From Coniocarpon cinnabarinum (lineage: Eukaryota): 64,000 bases of DNA. The stretch covers positions 1 to 64,000 of the forward strand of contig JAVECO010000036.1 of the NCBI GenBank assembly GCA_051942205.1. Reading direction: 5' to 3'. Positions 38,363-51,030 of the stretch are shown in pieces (position 1 is the stretch's first letter; every line of letters begins with the position of its first letter). Both the position numbers and the translations under genes were made by a program. The notes beneath the pieces were generated by a model. It searched no databases. It was given only the letters and a program-made list of their open reading frames with translations, and was not told the origin of the DNA.

Positions 38363-39800
38363 TGAGTGATGGAGTGGAGGATGCCTGAACTTTAGGAGAA
38401 GGAAGAAGTGGTATGTTAGCATGGGGGATATGAGGGTAATGATGGTAGGTGCATAGGATGGAGGGAACGGTTGCAGAGCCGCATACATGGCGCGGCATCG
38501 TATACGTCTAGTGACGATTGATAACGAAGAGTTCAATGATGATACGGCTGTCAATCGTGCTGAAGCAATATGCCCGCGACCAAGCTCCTCGCATGGTTAA
38601 ACATCGAGCTCAGAACTGAGCGATGAGGCGATAAGGGGTCGCAGCCAGGACATGATTCTGGCTGCATCCTGAAGGATGATACGGCAGGCGAAATTGTTTC
38701 AATGTTGAGCCATGTCAGAAGGAGAAGGGAGTGGAGCAAGGCTGAGGTCGCAAACGAGGATCGTGGCACCGCATGAGACTTTGTGTCTATCATTGCGCGC
38801 CAAGGTTGCCGCCCGCGTTGCTGTCGACCTCTTATGATTCTCCTCTACCTCCTATACAATTGCCTCTCTGCCTTTATCTCACCTTCAATACAGTCGTGTC
38901 GATTATGTCTGGACCATCTGAGGACTCCAAATGCCGTCTTTGTCTCTCAACATTGCTCCCAACAGCCGTAATGGCCCATGCCGACTTATCCGGCCCGCAG
39001 TATGGTCTGCTCGGCGCGATACCGTGCGGCCCGTCATTCATACACTGCACTGTTCTTTGATCTTGGCAGACCTGCGCATTCTCCTCTCTGTGAATCCTCC
39101 AGTCAGCAAGGCGGGCATAGATGATGCTCTGTGCCGTTCCTCAGCGCAATCGGGCAATATCCATGGAGCACCTGTTTCCTCTTTCCATCCTCCATGCGAG
39201 CCTCGCCACCCATTGGGTGCGTCTTCCCCCTTCTCGTGTCAGTCACGTCCTTGCTCTCTTGCGATTGCGCTTATGCATGCGGGTGCGGAACTGCTGCACG
39301 CTTTGCCACCGCCCGTGTCTCTGCCCGGTCAAGGGAGACCACAAGCTTTCGGCAACTTGGTTGCCTCTGAGGCTGCTTGATTGAGTTTGTTGCGTAGGTT
39401 GCCAACAGTCCAGAGGCTGCATCAAGCCGTGTTTGAGCATTGTATCTGTAAATGTGGACGCGGCGACACATCTGACGCTCCGTCAAAGAATTGACTTCTG
39501 TCCCCATATCCTTGTAGCCATGTCCCTCCTCTTGCGGCGCACCAGTCATTCGCAATACTTTCGCGTGCTTTTGTGGTTCATCAATGCGACCATGACGGCG
39601 TGAGTGGCGAGGACTGGCTCCTGTCCCTTTCTTCTCCAAACCTGGGCGTGACGATCTGTGGACCCTAGACCGGCCTTGGGTGCAGCTTCGTCCTTCACTG
39701 CCATCTGCGCCTGCAGACGCGGTCAGGTCGCATCTTCATTCTTTTGCCAATCCCTCAGCCTCCAGTACTGCGCATTACTTCATCAGCACATCCTCGAATT

Positions 39801-42252
39801 ATGAACGGGCCGCCACCTGCGCCTTCTGGAGCAGGCGACAACAAGGGCCCTGTAGTCATGGGTCTTGTCTGGATATTGCGCCCAGCCGCGGTGATAGTAA
39901 TTGGGTTGAGATTACTTACCCGAATCAGGTTCAAGAAGACCGCTGGCTGGGACGATGCCTGTATTGCCATGTCAGCTGTGAGTATCGTTCGCACTTTCGT
40001 GGTAGTCGCGCAAGCATCTGACGCACGCACAGCTGCTTACCGTCTTCGGCATGATATGGAACACACTCCAGGTCCATTACGGGTATGGCAAACACATCTA
40101 TACCCTGACTCCACAGCAACTCTCTGGTAATGCGAAGTATCTCTTGCTGGCCGAGCTGTTCAACTTTGCAAACCTTTTCTTTGTCCGCACCTCTGTTTGC
40201 TTCTTCACCCATCGGTTGTTGCCACCTACTCAACAGTGGTCACTGCGGCTTGTCATTGTTGCATGGATTCTCAACTTGATTTCAACGCTGGCAAACATGA
40301 TCACGTTTGCTGTCCAGTGCCGACCAATCCAGGGACTCTGGGACCCCTCTGCACCGGCGCATTGCTTTGGAACCAAGACTCTGGAGAAGCTTTTTTACAT
40401 GGGTACTGTCTTCGCCATTTTCGCCGATTTCATCATTGTTGCCGTTCCTGTGACGATCATCAGGCATGTTCAAATGTCGAGAGCAATCAAGGTCGGCACT
40501 TACATCATTATCTCCCTTTCTCTTGTCACTGCCAGTCTGAGTATCGGGAAATGTGTTGTCGCTAAGGATATCCATGATCCGTATTATGACAGCGTACCGG
40601 TCCAACTGTTTTCGTTGTTTGAGGAGAACTTGGGTATCGTCTTTGCGTCTGTTCCAGCGTTGCGACAATTTTACTTGTACTTGAACAACAGGATGCAAAG
40701 TGATGGAGCATCGAGACCGGGAGCGTACAATCGTGGGGCGTCTAAAACCGAGGAAGGAGGGCCACCCCCTTCGCCTGGCCTGAGAAGCAATCACAGTAGC
40801 GGTATCTTTGGTAAGGCTCCGAAGTACTCCATCATTCGTCGCAACTTTGAGACACACCGGAAACTTCACGACTTTGCTGGCCGCTTCAGCGTTGGGGCCG
40901 ACTCATTTGATCGGGGTACGAGTCTGAAGTCTCGCGACAGCAATTACACGGGACACTTTACAGCCATGGACAGCATTGCTGAGGTTCCATCTGGCAAGAC
41001 CTCGTTCTACCGTCAGGACAGTACTGCCACGTTGGTTAATGAGAAACATCCTGACAGGATCACGAAGGGCCACTCACCAGCACCCACTGGACGTCGCAAG
41101 GAAGGTCAAAGTGCTTCCCCAAGAATCGCTACCGTCTCGTATGATTCACTGCCAGCCAACAACAAGGTGCCAAGGACTGAACTATCATCGGACTCGCCCG
41201 TGTCCCCTGAGTCGCCCTCAGCTTCGAACATCGATGTATCAAGGATGGCTGTCAGTCCCGAGCCTACGCGCCCTCACGCACCATTGCCCGCTCCTCTGAG
41301 GGTGACGCCAGTACCTTTTACATCTGCGAAGAAATCACAGACGCCGGTGTCGCGAGATGAGACGGCTTTTCCCATCTCCACCGAGCCGTCCACACGAATG
41401 CCAACTCCCCCAGCTGTCCATAGTCATATCGTGACGCAGAGGAATCGCAGGCATGATTCGCGAGAAGCTTCGGGAACCACGCAGTCCACGACAAATCACT
41501 TTGACGGATTGCGAAGTCGATTCAGTCTGCACAATGTACTTCGTGTCTCACGCTCCACAGAAAGCTTGTGTAATCTGGGACGAGGTCGAAGTGCTGGAAC
41601 GTCTCATCGTACTTCAGTGGCTTCGCGCGAATCTAGCCGAAGCACGACTCGTGGTCGGAGCCGAAGTGTCACGACCGCTGACTCCTGGAGGCGCGCGGAC
41701 ACCCCCTTCATTGAAGAAAACAATAACGAGGCGATGGAAGCATATCATCAGATGATTGGCACCACACGACAAGAGCAACGCATGGCGCCCCCTGAGAGGC
41801 CCGCGCGAAGCCTAGTCTGGATGTGTCCTCCTCATTCTGTAAGCTTGTCAGAGCACCTAGCGTATAAAGACCGCCGAGAGTCACTGTCACCGGCAGTCGA
41901 ACGTGTGAGCAACATCCTGCAGCATCCCTTGCTGAGAGGAGGCAGTAGCACGGCGAGCTATCGCGATTTGTCGCCGGCCGAGGTGCCGCGTCTGTCGGAT
42001 CATCCAATGTTGAAAGCGCAATCGAGGAGGGAGGAGTCACCGGTGGAGAGGCCATCTTCGTTGCATCCTGCGAAAAGAAGTCAGCATGCTACGCCCGTGG
42101 AAGAGAAGAAAGAATCAACCTTGTACAGCCGATTCAGTACTTCGAGCTCCATCTATCCGGAGAGGCCTGGGAAGAGCTTGCCTGCACGACCTGAATCGCT
42201 GGTGCCTCAGGTGCCGTCCATGCCCGTTCATCTGGCGCGGCAGCAAAGGTAA
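39801..42252 (+). CDS. PTH11-like integral membrane receptor (fungal rhodopsin domain, no CFEM) with a long disordered tail (about 798 aa). Exons 39801-39977, 40033-42252
   Basis: LRLLTRI..GWDD, GYGKH, QCRPIQGLWD..AHC, DFIIVAVP and EENLGIVFASVPALR motifs; intron 39978-40032. Confidence 0.9.
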
Positions 42253-43366
42253 ATGTAGTTTCTTGAGTCGCTGCAAGAGCGCAGGAACACCGATGAAGAA
42301 TCTTCTCCAGTCCTGAGTTGGCATTGAGATCATCGCACAGTCTTCAAGCTCTTGACAGGAATTTCTTTGGCGGTTTGGTCACCACGTGTGTAGAAAGTCT
42401 TCGCAGGGATGAATCTAGAGCGAATGAGTGTCGCAAAAATCTTGAAGCATTCGGCGAGGAGTGTGGCGCGCTCTTGAGGTGTTTCAACGGGTCTGCAAGG
42501 TACGTCGCCGGCTCGCTCACGCTTTGAGCAAAGGTGTAATGTGGCTCGACAGGATTACCGCTTCAAACACTGACAACTTTTTGGCAGGACAAATTGAGGA
42601 GCAATGCATGAGTGGATGATCAGACAAGTATTACAAGCGTCCTAGTAGAGCGTTGGCCAGATTGTGACCGCTCCTTGGTGCAATCTGGGAGCCACGCGTC
42701 ATTGAATGAAGATTAACGAAGGCTCTGCGAAAGCGAATTGCGCCGGTAATAGTAAACAGTAAGGTAAGCGAATCGACTCTGTGCTACCTCCATAAATGCA
42801 TGCCACCTCATGATCCCCTGTGTATGTCGTATCGGCCGCTCTGTCCGAGTAGAAGCAAGGTGGGGCTTTCCACTCTGAAACATGTCAAAGTGACGGAATA
42901 ACGAGCAGAGCAACCAACGGAATTTGATTCCCACAACTGCATCACTGCCTCGATTGCATCACAGAAAGCGATGCATGAAAGATAATTGTCGTCCGATGCT
43001 CCACGCGCAATTGCGGAGAAAAAGGACCCAGATTTCATCGTCACCGTTGTCATGACCTGGTTGTCATGGCCCTCAAATTACACGCCACGACCCCGCAACG
43101 ACCGGTGACGACCGCCTGAATGGGACTGGCGTGTACGCACGCGCCAAGTTTGCCTTGCCAACTTATTTATTTCTTGCCCGTCTCTTCCCTCTCTCTCTTC
43201 TTCTTTCCCTTCTCCTCAACTACTCGACTTTCATTGAGACTCCGTCCGAGGGTGTTATAGGGGATTCCCTCCCCTTTTCTACATTGGTTGACTGTGCTTC
43301 CAGGTGCTGGGGCTGTGCTGCGGGTAAGCTTCATCATTGCCTTTGATGGATCGATGCTGCTGATCG

Positions 43367-44017
43367 TTGCGTGATAGCGGAGCCACGATCTTCCCGGCAC
43401 CGACGTCACAAGAACAACTTGATGGGCCGTGGCTGGCGCCGCAGCTAGCCCCAATTGAGGTGGATGAGACGAGCCGAGAGAACAGACACTTCAGATGTTG
43501 GCAACATGGATGGGTCACATCCAATGAGCGTTCCGTGCTGCATGGGAGCACAACCAATTTCGACGAGGTCTGGTACGACAGATCAACCATTCGTCTGCCA
43601 TGAGAACGATCTTGATCGCTAACGCAGCATGGGAAGAAACAGTTTGCAGAAGTGATTCCTTAGGGGTGAGTTCATTCTCGACTTTTATCTCTGCTCAGCA
43701 CGTCGCACGGAAACAACTTTTGTCTGCCGAAGAACGATGAACAAGCTGGTGATGACGATCATCATCGGACCGTGCTTGGGTGGAGTTCCTGATTAAGCTT
43801 TGAGTGACTTGTACTGACAGTGCTTGTTAGGTGTTGCCCCTGCGCCAATCATCTTTACTGGTACAATAAGAGTCTTCACGACATCCAGGAAAAGATCGTC
43901 CGAGTCACTGGCGTGACGGTCGAAGAGCGGGAATTCCATCGCAATTGGGCTTTGAACCTCTTGGAGGGCCGAATGTGGGAGCCGGCTCCGGAGGACTACT
44001 ACTATTACAAGCCCTAA
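43367..44017 (+). pseudogene. Probable decayed multi-exon orphan gene
   Basis: Protein-like ORF pieces separated by intron-like signals (CTAAC..CAG near 43620-43627, GTGAGT near 43666, CTGAC..TAG near 43815-43830), with an in-frame stop; no family recognised. Confidence 0.3.
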
Positions 44018-47000
44018 GTTGCTCTCCAGCCCCATTTTCCTTGCAGCCTGCTCGTCCTTGAAGCATGCATCGTCTGTGAAGCCTGCATCGTCATTCGTAA
44101 GTCAAACCTTGTTGACATTTCTCATCATTATTTATCGTTACTCACTTTGAGGAAGGTCCACTCGCACAGTGGCGTGAACTTAAGCTTGGAATGGGAGGCA
44201 TCCCAGTTCGTGTTGTGTCGCGCTCAGGCAACATCGAGAAAACGTCGGTCGCAACTCGCATCATCATCGGCTTCGCTACGTCTAACATCCCCACGAAGCT
44301 CGAACAGTCGCAATAATGCTTCTCGTGTATTGCACTGGAACCAATAAGGTCATACGCCTTCACAGAGATTTCATCCGTAAGCCAAAATTTGTTAGCAATT
44401 CTTATCATGAACTATCATTGCTCACGCCAGTGAAGACCCTCATGCGCAGAGCTGCGAACTTCAACTTGGCGTTCGAAGCATCCCCATTCGTCTTGTGGCA
44501 GCCTTTGAGATGTCAAGCTCCGTCTGAAGATGGGGCGCAAGCAGTACATCAACATGCAACCGCGAGCGCGCAACAGTCATGCCGCCCCTGTCAACCACAA
44601 CCTTGAATTGGAAAACCGTTAGGAACGGCAGCGATCGTCTGGACATTATCGAGGAGAGTCGATGGAGGAACGCCGAGCTCGATTGTAACCACCGACGTTG
44701 ACGGAGATCTGGTGAGCAAGCACGTGATTGATGCGAAGTGTCCATAAAACACTTTGCAAGATCTTTGTCATTATTCATCTCTAACGCACCTCCACAGGTG
44801 GCCTCATCCCGTGGATCTGTTCTTTAGCGGGTGAGTCTTGCTCTCATTTTGTTAGTTCTGTCAAAGCACGACTCATTACTCTGTGACATGTTCTTCTAAA
44901 CATGGTGATCATCATCACCACCACCATCACTCATCATGTCAAATTTGGCCATGCTAACATGCTTGCAGTGTTGACTTGCGTTGCTGTTGATCTCATAAGA
45001 TATACAGATCGACACAACTCTCCTGTCGCTCTATATGAGCTTGCTAAAAGGATGGTAGACAGCTTTGTTGCTATTCATGAGAGGAGGACGAGTCGCCTGA
45101 GCCTCAGCGTCATGACTGTGTTGAAATTCTCACCAAAGTGCCAAAATCCTCATCTGGCCATTACAAGAACAAGCCCGCGACCGGCGCGAAAGATCCAATG
45201 ATCATTGTACCAAGTAAGGAAAATTCTGCTCCTGAACACTCGCACACAGGTGACTGACTGATGACACCAGAATTTTCCTCACGCACACTTTGAGCTTTCT
45301 GGCGTTTGTTCCAAGCTCATTTATCGTCGGGCTGTTGGAATTGTCACAAGAAGTATTCAAGATCGCCAACCATGTGGGATCCCCGAGCTCACTCCCACGC
45401 CTCCCTCAAATGACGTACAGAAACTTCACTACGATGAGGACGACCGCGGTGCATCCCTAAACTACGCATCATTTTGAATATATAAGGACATACTGGTTTC
45501 TCATTAAGAGCTCGCCGTTGATAGCTTGCTCTAATTGCTGTATGCTTGCTGTCTTTATATAAGCAATGGGAAATTCAGACCATCTTTGAAAGCTCCCAAT
45601 ACCGCAGTTGCGTATTTGCAACGTGAACAGTTCTTTGACCTCGTTCCAAGCCTGCATTGTTCTCTCAGAGAAGCTCCCCTCTGTGGGCACCTGACAGAGA
45701 TGATCTACGCCAGCCTGGCTGAGAGTGCCTCTTCTCGACTTGTCGATGATAGCTGAAGTCCCAAGCCTCGCCTCCAGATGCGATTGATGTTTGTGGTCCC
45801 CCACATCGTGATGAGCATTGTCTAAGATGAATCTTAAGGAAGAAACACGATCCGCCTGAAACAGAAGGGCCCTTCTTCGTCCCCGATGATCAAAGTCTAG
45901 ACGACGTTGCGAGAAAGGCGATAAGAATGCACGAGGGGCAAAAGAGCCACAATCCCTTGTCAAATCCTGCTCGAGAGACATCCCCCCCAAACACTCAGCC
46001 GCGTTTCAAGCGATGGCGATTATCATCAGCACGACGAGCAACGCAAAGTAGACCCTCGGATCAAGAGAGCCTGAAGGATCGAGACGCTCGGCCGAATGTT
46101 TAGAGAAAATGCAGGGCTCTACAACATTGCAAAGAACGAAGGAGTACTGTCTTGAATGTGGAAACAGCAGGCTTGATTCGTTTGGTTCGAGATGATGAAC
46201 GAGCAGAAACGCGTGTGTATGATCACTCTTGTCATGCCTTTGCAACCTTGAACGGCCTCGCCATCCCAAAAATAAGTCCTCCAAGCGCTTGTCTGAGAAG
46301 GTGACCAATCCATCATTGTGTGTCTCGATTGTGCTCGGATGTAGATTGTGCTTCCTGCATCAAGCTGCAGCTCTCTTTCGCTTCGCGAATGGAGGCTTGA
46401 TGTCTATCGTCGTTTCTGATGAGATTGTTGCTGTAACAAAGCCTGCGACGACTAATTGCTTGTTTGCCGCCACCCGAGTACGTAGAAATTTCGCTCGAAC
46501 GAGGAGAACATGGCTGAGCTCGCGGCAAGATCACGGATACGCACGTAGAGAGCTAAGACGATGCCAATGAGACACTGGATTCGTATACTTGGTCAGTAGG
46601 GTGCTCGATGATCGAATTTTGCAAACATTCAGAGACCTTTGTGCGAGAACCCACCAATCTGATTGGCTCTCAGTCAGCATGTCACCTTCACATTGCCGCA
46701 TCGTATGTGACAGTCGCAGGAGGCACGGCAGGCTGCTTGCCAACAAAAAAACGGGAAAACGAGCGGTTCGCTGGGGAGGGGAGCAGGCGACGCCTGACTG
46801 AATCGCCACATGCGTGACTTGCCGCGACTGAAACCTTCGGAGCAGGGCAGCGAGGCAGCGCTCCTCGCCTAGGCGACGGTCCTGCCATCATCGGCGATCA
46901 GGATCTTTCAGTGTTTCGTATACGCCCGGACCATCCTGCGTCGCTCCGTCGTGTGATTGGCAGCGACTGGGCCGGAGGCAGCGGGGCAGCGCTGCTTTCG

Positions 47001-47879
47001 TAGGCAACAGAACTCTCGTTAGCGACAGCGAGGCTCCACACTGTATCTTTCCTTGTCCGGATTGGCCTAGTGTAATCATCAGAGTCTGCACGTCCCAAAA
47101 TTGCGCCACCTAGGCTCGCCTGAGTAGTACTAGTGTTAGTTTTCGTATGTGTGTACGGAAACGATTCACGATATCTAGCGTGCCATTGATGCGAGTCGAA
47201 AGTTTCCGGCGTACGAATACTTAAGGCTCGCCGCCCCCCACGCTGAAAACAAATTCTGTATTCCCTCCTCTTCCACAAGCCGGACTGACCTCCCAACAAC
47301 TGCCCACTCCCACAGGTCCTCCAAGGCCCTGTCTTTGTCCACGGCAGGTAGCAAGCAGTCTTACCTCGTCGACGCCGAAAGCCATTGACGCTTCACGAAC
47401 ATCAGGCCCCGAGCCACTCCCCCCTCAGGCACCACCCCCGCCACAGGAAACTCTGTCAACGCCTCCACAGCCTCCGAGGGGAACATGCTCCCAGCTACCA
47501 CGACCCTTGAGGTCTCTTACAGCCGAAGTGGATGAGCGATCAGATTGGGCTGCGAGCTTGAGCTTTAAACTCTCAATCACTATACCAGGTTCGCCAGGCT
47601 GGTGGTGTACTCTGACCAATACTTCAAAGATAGCAGGTGGTAACATCCTCATCAAGCCCGCCACTACCACCAGGCTTGGATCCTGGTTTTTGGAGGCCAG
47701 ACCTCCCTATCTGGCACTTGCCGTCGCGGGTCTCGCCAGGAGTTTGGACCTCCTGCTGAGCTCAAGACTTGACGACATCCTCTCAGCAAAGCACCCTTAT
47801 CAAGGGTAGTCGCTTCACCGAGAATCTCCTACAGTTAAGGAGTCCGTGCGATCTGGGCGTTTCAGCAGATTCTTTCAGC

Positions 47880-48190
47880 CATGAAGACAGCCTTCATCAT
47901 TACCACATTTTCGTCGGCGAGGTATCCAGCGAGATCAACGAAGATGTACTTACGCAGGCCTCCTCAGTCTTCAATGTCGCCCTAGAGGCTCGAGTGATGT
48001 GGGACAGGAAAAGACTGTCAGCGCACACGGATACTGCTTTGTTGCTCTCCAAGGCTGAATCGGCGCGAAAAAGCTTCTGAGCGCGATGAATGGTGTAGGG
48101 CTCGGCTTGTGGGCAATCAGATGCAACTGGGCCAATCAGGAGCAGCAACACTAGGTCTCTCAGCAGCAAGTAACGGCGCAGGTGGTCTTG
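47880..48190 (+). pseudogene. PUB1: Fragment of a PUB1/TIA-1-like RNA-binding protein gene (second RRM)
   Basis: EDSLHHYHIFVGEVSSEINEDVLTQASSVFNVALEARVMWD, a frameshift near 48010, then KTVSAHGYCFVAL..*..LSAMNGVGLGLWAIRCNWANQ..*VSQQQ. This matches the fungal Pub1 RRM2 pattern as I recall it. Stops at 48056 and 48152. Confidence 0.85.
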
Positions 48191-50989
48191 AACCGCTTCA
48201 AGAGCCGGTACCTGCACATGGACAAACTCCTTAACAGGCTGGACTCGTCTGAGACCTGGGACCGCACTGGACAAGCACAAGGGTCTTTCGGTATTCACTA
48301 CATCTCCCAAACAGGCTGGACCTGTTTGATACCTGCAGCAGCAATGGACGACTCCAAGGGTCTTTGAGTACTCCTACCACATCTCCCGACCATTCAAGGA
48401 GCAATGTCTTGAACATGCGAAGAGGAGATCGGCAAGAAGCCTGCGCCTGGCGAACCGGCCGATTGATGGAAGGCGATGGATGCGAAAGAGAGCAGGAGTA
48501 CGGATCCGTACGGCTTCCCTTCTGCGCCAGGTTGGAACTCCTGCGCCCGTCTCAAGCTTGGGGCCAGACCCCATTCATGCCTCGAACATTCTTGCTCGTA
48601 CTGTATGGACGCCTTGTGCCCTTCAGGACACGGTCTCCAGCAAGCACAGGCACCGTGACGGATACCGGCCATTGACCCCGTGACGAATCGTATACCAGGA
48701 GACTGGCACCCGTTTATTGAATCACCACTCCGGCGAATGAGGTGAGCAATGCTACGCAGAGCAAGGCACTAGATGCCGGCTGTGCCTGAATCGACACGCA
48801 GATTCAACCATCGGTGCGCTTCACCTAGCCCGATTGGCAGCAGCCACACACCAGTCATCCAATCTCGGCAGTGCGGTCGGGAAGATTAGAGACAGTTCAG
48901 CATTGAGCGTTCGAGACATCATCGCCATATGCAGACGCTCGCAGGCTCAACCGACAAGTCCGTCTAGGACCAACTGGAACTGTCAAAACAACCAGAAGAG
49001 CCGGCGACCTAGCACAAACAGTGGCTATAGCTGTTTGTCCTTCAAGGACTCTCAATCCACTCTTTGTCCATCCCGAGGCAACTCGTAGAGTGGACCACGG
49101 TGTCATTGCCTTTTAGCTAACTTCATCAGCGGTCAGGTGAAGCAATCTCGACGCTCCAGAGGGCCAAGGTCGCGGAAACTTCCAGCAACGGATCTGGATC
49201 TTTATCTAGTCCAAGAAATGGAAGCAGAAGCAGAGGTTGGTGTGTCCTGGGGAGCTCGACTCCAATTTTGCAGGACTACAGAAATAGGAACCACGCAAAT
49301 ACCATCCTCGAGCAAGGACAACGTCCAGAAAGACTTGTTGTGTTTTCTATCACACAATCTCCATTTGGAGGAGCAAACGCACATCACGCAGTCGATTCAA
49401 TTGGGAGGGTGGAAAAGCACCAGGCACTTGATGCGCGCCTCAAGATTATGAGTAGCTGTCTAGGGAGATAGACCCTGACCTTGACTAGGGTATACAGGAG
49501 GTCTCTTATTACTCGCCGACTTACCCAGAACGCAAGTGAGACAGATAGAGATCAGCAACAAGAGTAAGCTTGCTGAGAACCGAGGAAAATTTCTTCTCGA
49601 AGCGTCCTTCCTACCCTTGCGACGCTTCAACCTCTTCGACGAGCGATCCTTTGAGATCGTGAAGCGGCCTTTCTAGAGGAACTTGCGGCAGATCCAAGGG
49701 ATCGAGCGAGGCCAAAAAAGCATGGGTGATTGGGCTTGGTTCGAAGATGGGCTGCAGACTAACCTGGTGCCGGAAAGGAAGAGTCGGCGATGATCATAAG
49801 GTCACCAGATGACCTGAACCGACAGATTGACGTCCAGTAGAACGCGCTTTTCTATCACTGCCTCAAAAACGCTCAACAAGAGCTCTAGAACCTCCAGACG
49901 CGCAACCTCGAGATGTACAAGGAATCAATCCTGTACCAAATTTGCAACTTGAAAATACTTAATCAAGAGACTTATTCAAAACAACGCGGACGGCTAAGGG
50001 AGCAAAGACTAAGAAGACTAATCAACAAAGGAAACGCTGGGCTTTTGCAACACATGAAAGAGCTTCGAGGTCCTGGTGGACGCCTGCGGACATTTCTTCA
50101 TAGATTCATTCAATGCATTAGGAACAGGAAATAGTAAATTTTGAGACAAACCAGCAATATGACTGCATTCTCGCTCTGAGGTAATTCCACGTGATCTGCC
50201 GTTGCCCCTCCAATGAGCGAAAAGAGTAAGGTGGGGCACGAAAGGTGTAATGAAAACTCTTCACCGCTCACGCGCTCCTCAATCTTTCTCTCCTCACTCA
50301 CATATTATCATGTCACCATCACAGATCGGTTCTTTACCCAGGGGACAGTCTGTCAGTCCCCAAAATCTTGTAAGTTTGATTCTCATTCTGTCTGTTCGCA
50401 ATGTCAGCGTCAAATTGCTCAGGTGATGATGCTCGTCATCGTCGTTTTTCCCTTGATGTCAACTCTCCAAGTGAGAGAACACCAAGGCCACTCTCACAAG
50501 CGCTCTTTCTTCGAATTCATGTGCTGATTGTGTTTTGGACAGTTTTTAACTCTTCATTGAGTTCAAAGGCGAAAGTCCAGTGCCTCGTACGTGCTTGTTA
50601 CCGTAGCCGGTACGAGCACGTACGAGGTACTGGACCTCTGGAACGCTGTGAAAACACAGCAGAAAGCAGTAGGTCATGGCATTACGACGTGAGAGTGCAT
50701 GGTCATGCTATCTGACACAAATTCAGGGCTCGTCAACAAATGACTCTTTTTACATCCTCGCGGGCACAGCTACGCAAACAACACTTCCAAATATCCGGAG
50801 CTGTGCTCGCGAGCTGAAAGATATTTAAGCGACAGGTAGTCGGACACTTTTCCTGTCAATGTGGCCGCTGACAAGGGCAGAAGCAATTTTCGATGGATTG
50901 TTCTTAGGGGTATGTGAGTCTCTCCAGTATTCGCAGCTCATTGCAAGAAAGAAAAAAAGAAAAGCTTTCCACAACGCAATCATCACGGC

Positions 50990-51023
<34 letters not shown>

Positions 51024-51030
51024 CGATGAC
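50990..51030. repeat. (ATG/GAT)n microsatellite
   Basis: About 11 perfect trinucleotide units plus a degenerate tail. Confidence 0.95.

Noticed and set aside
28932..42252. Secondary-metabolite gene cluster
   Set aside because: No PKS, NRPS, terpene cyclase or other backbone gene in the window.
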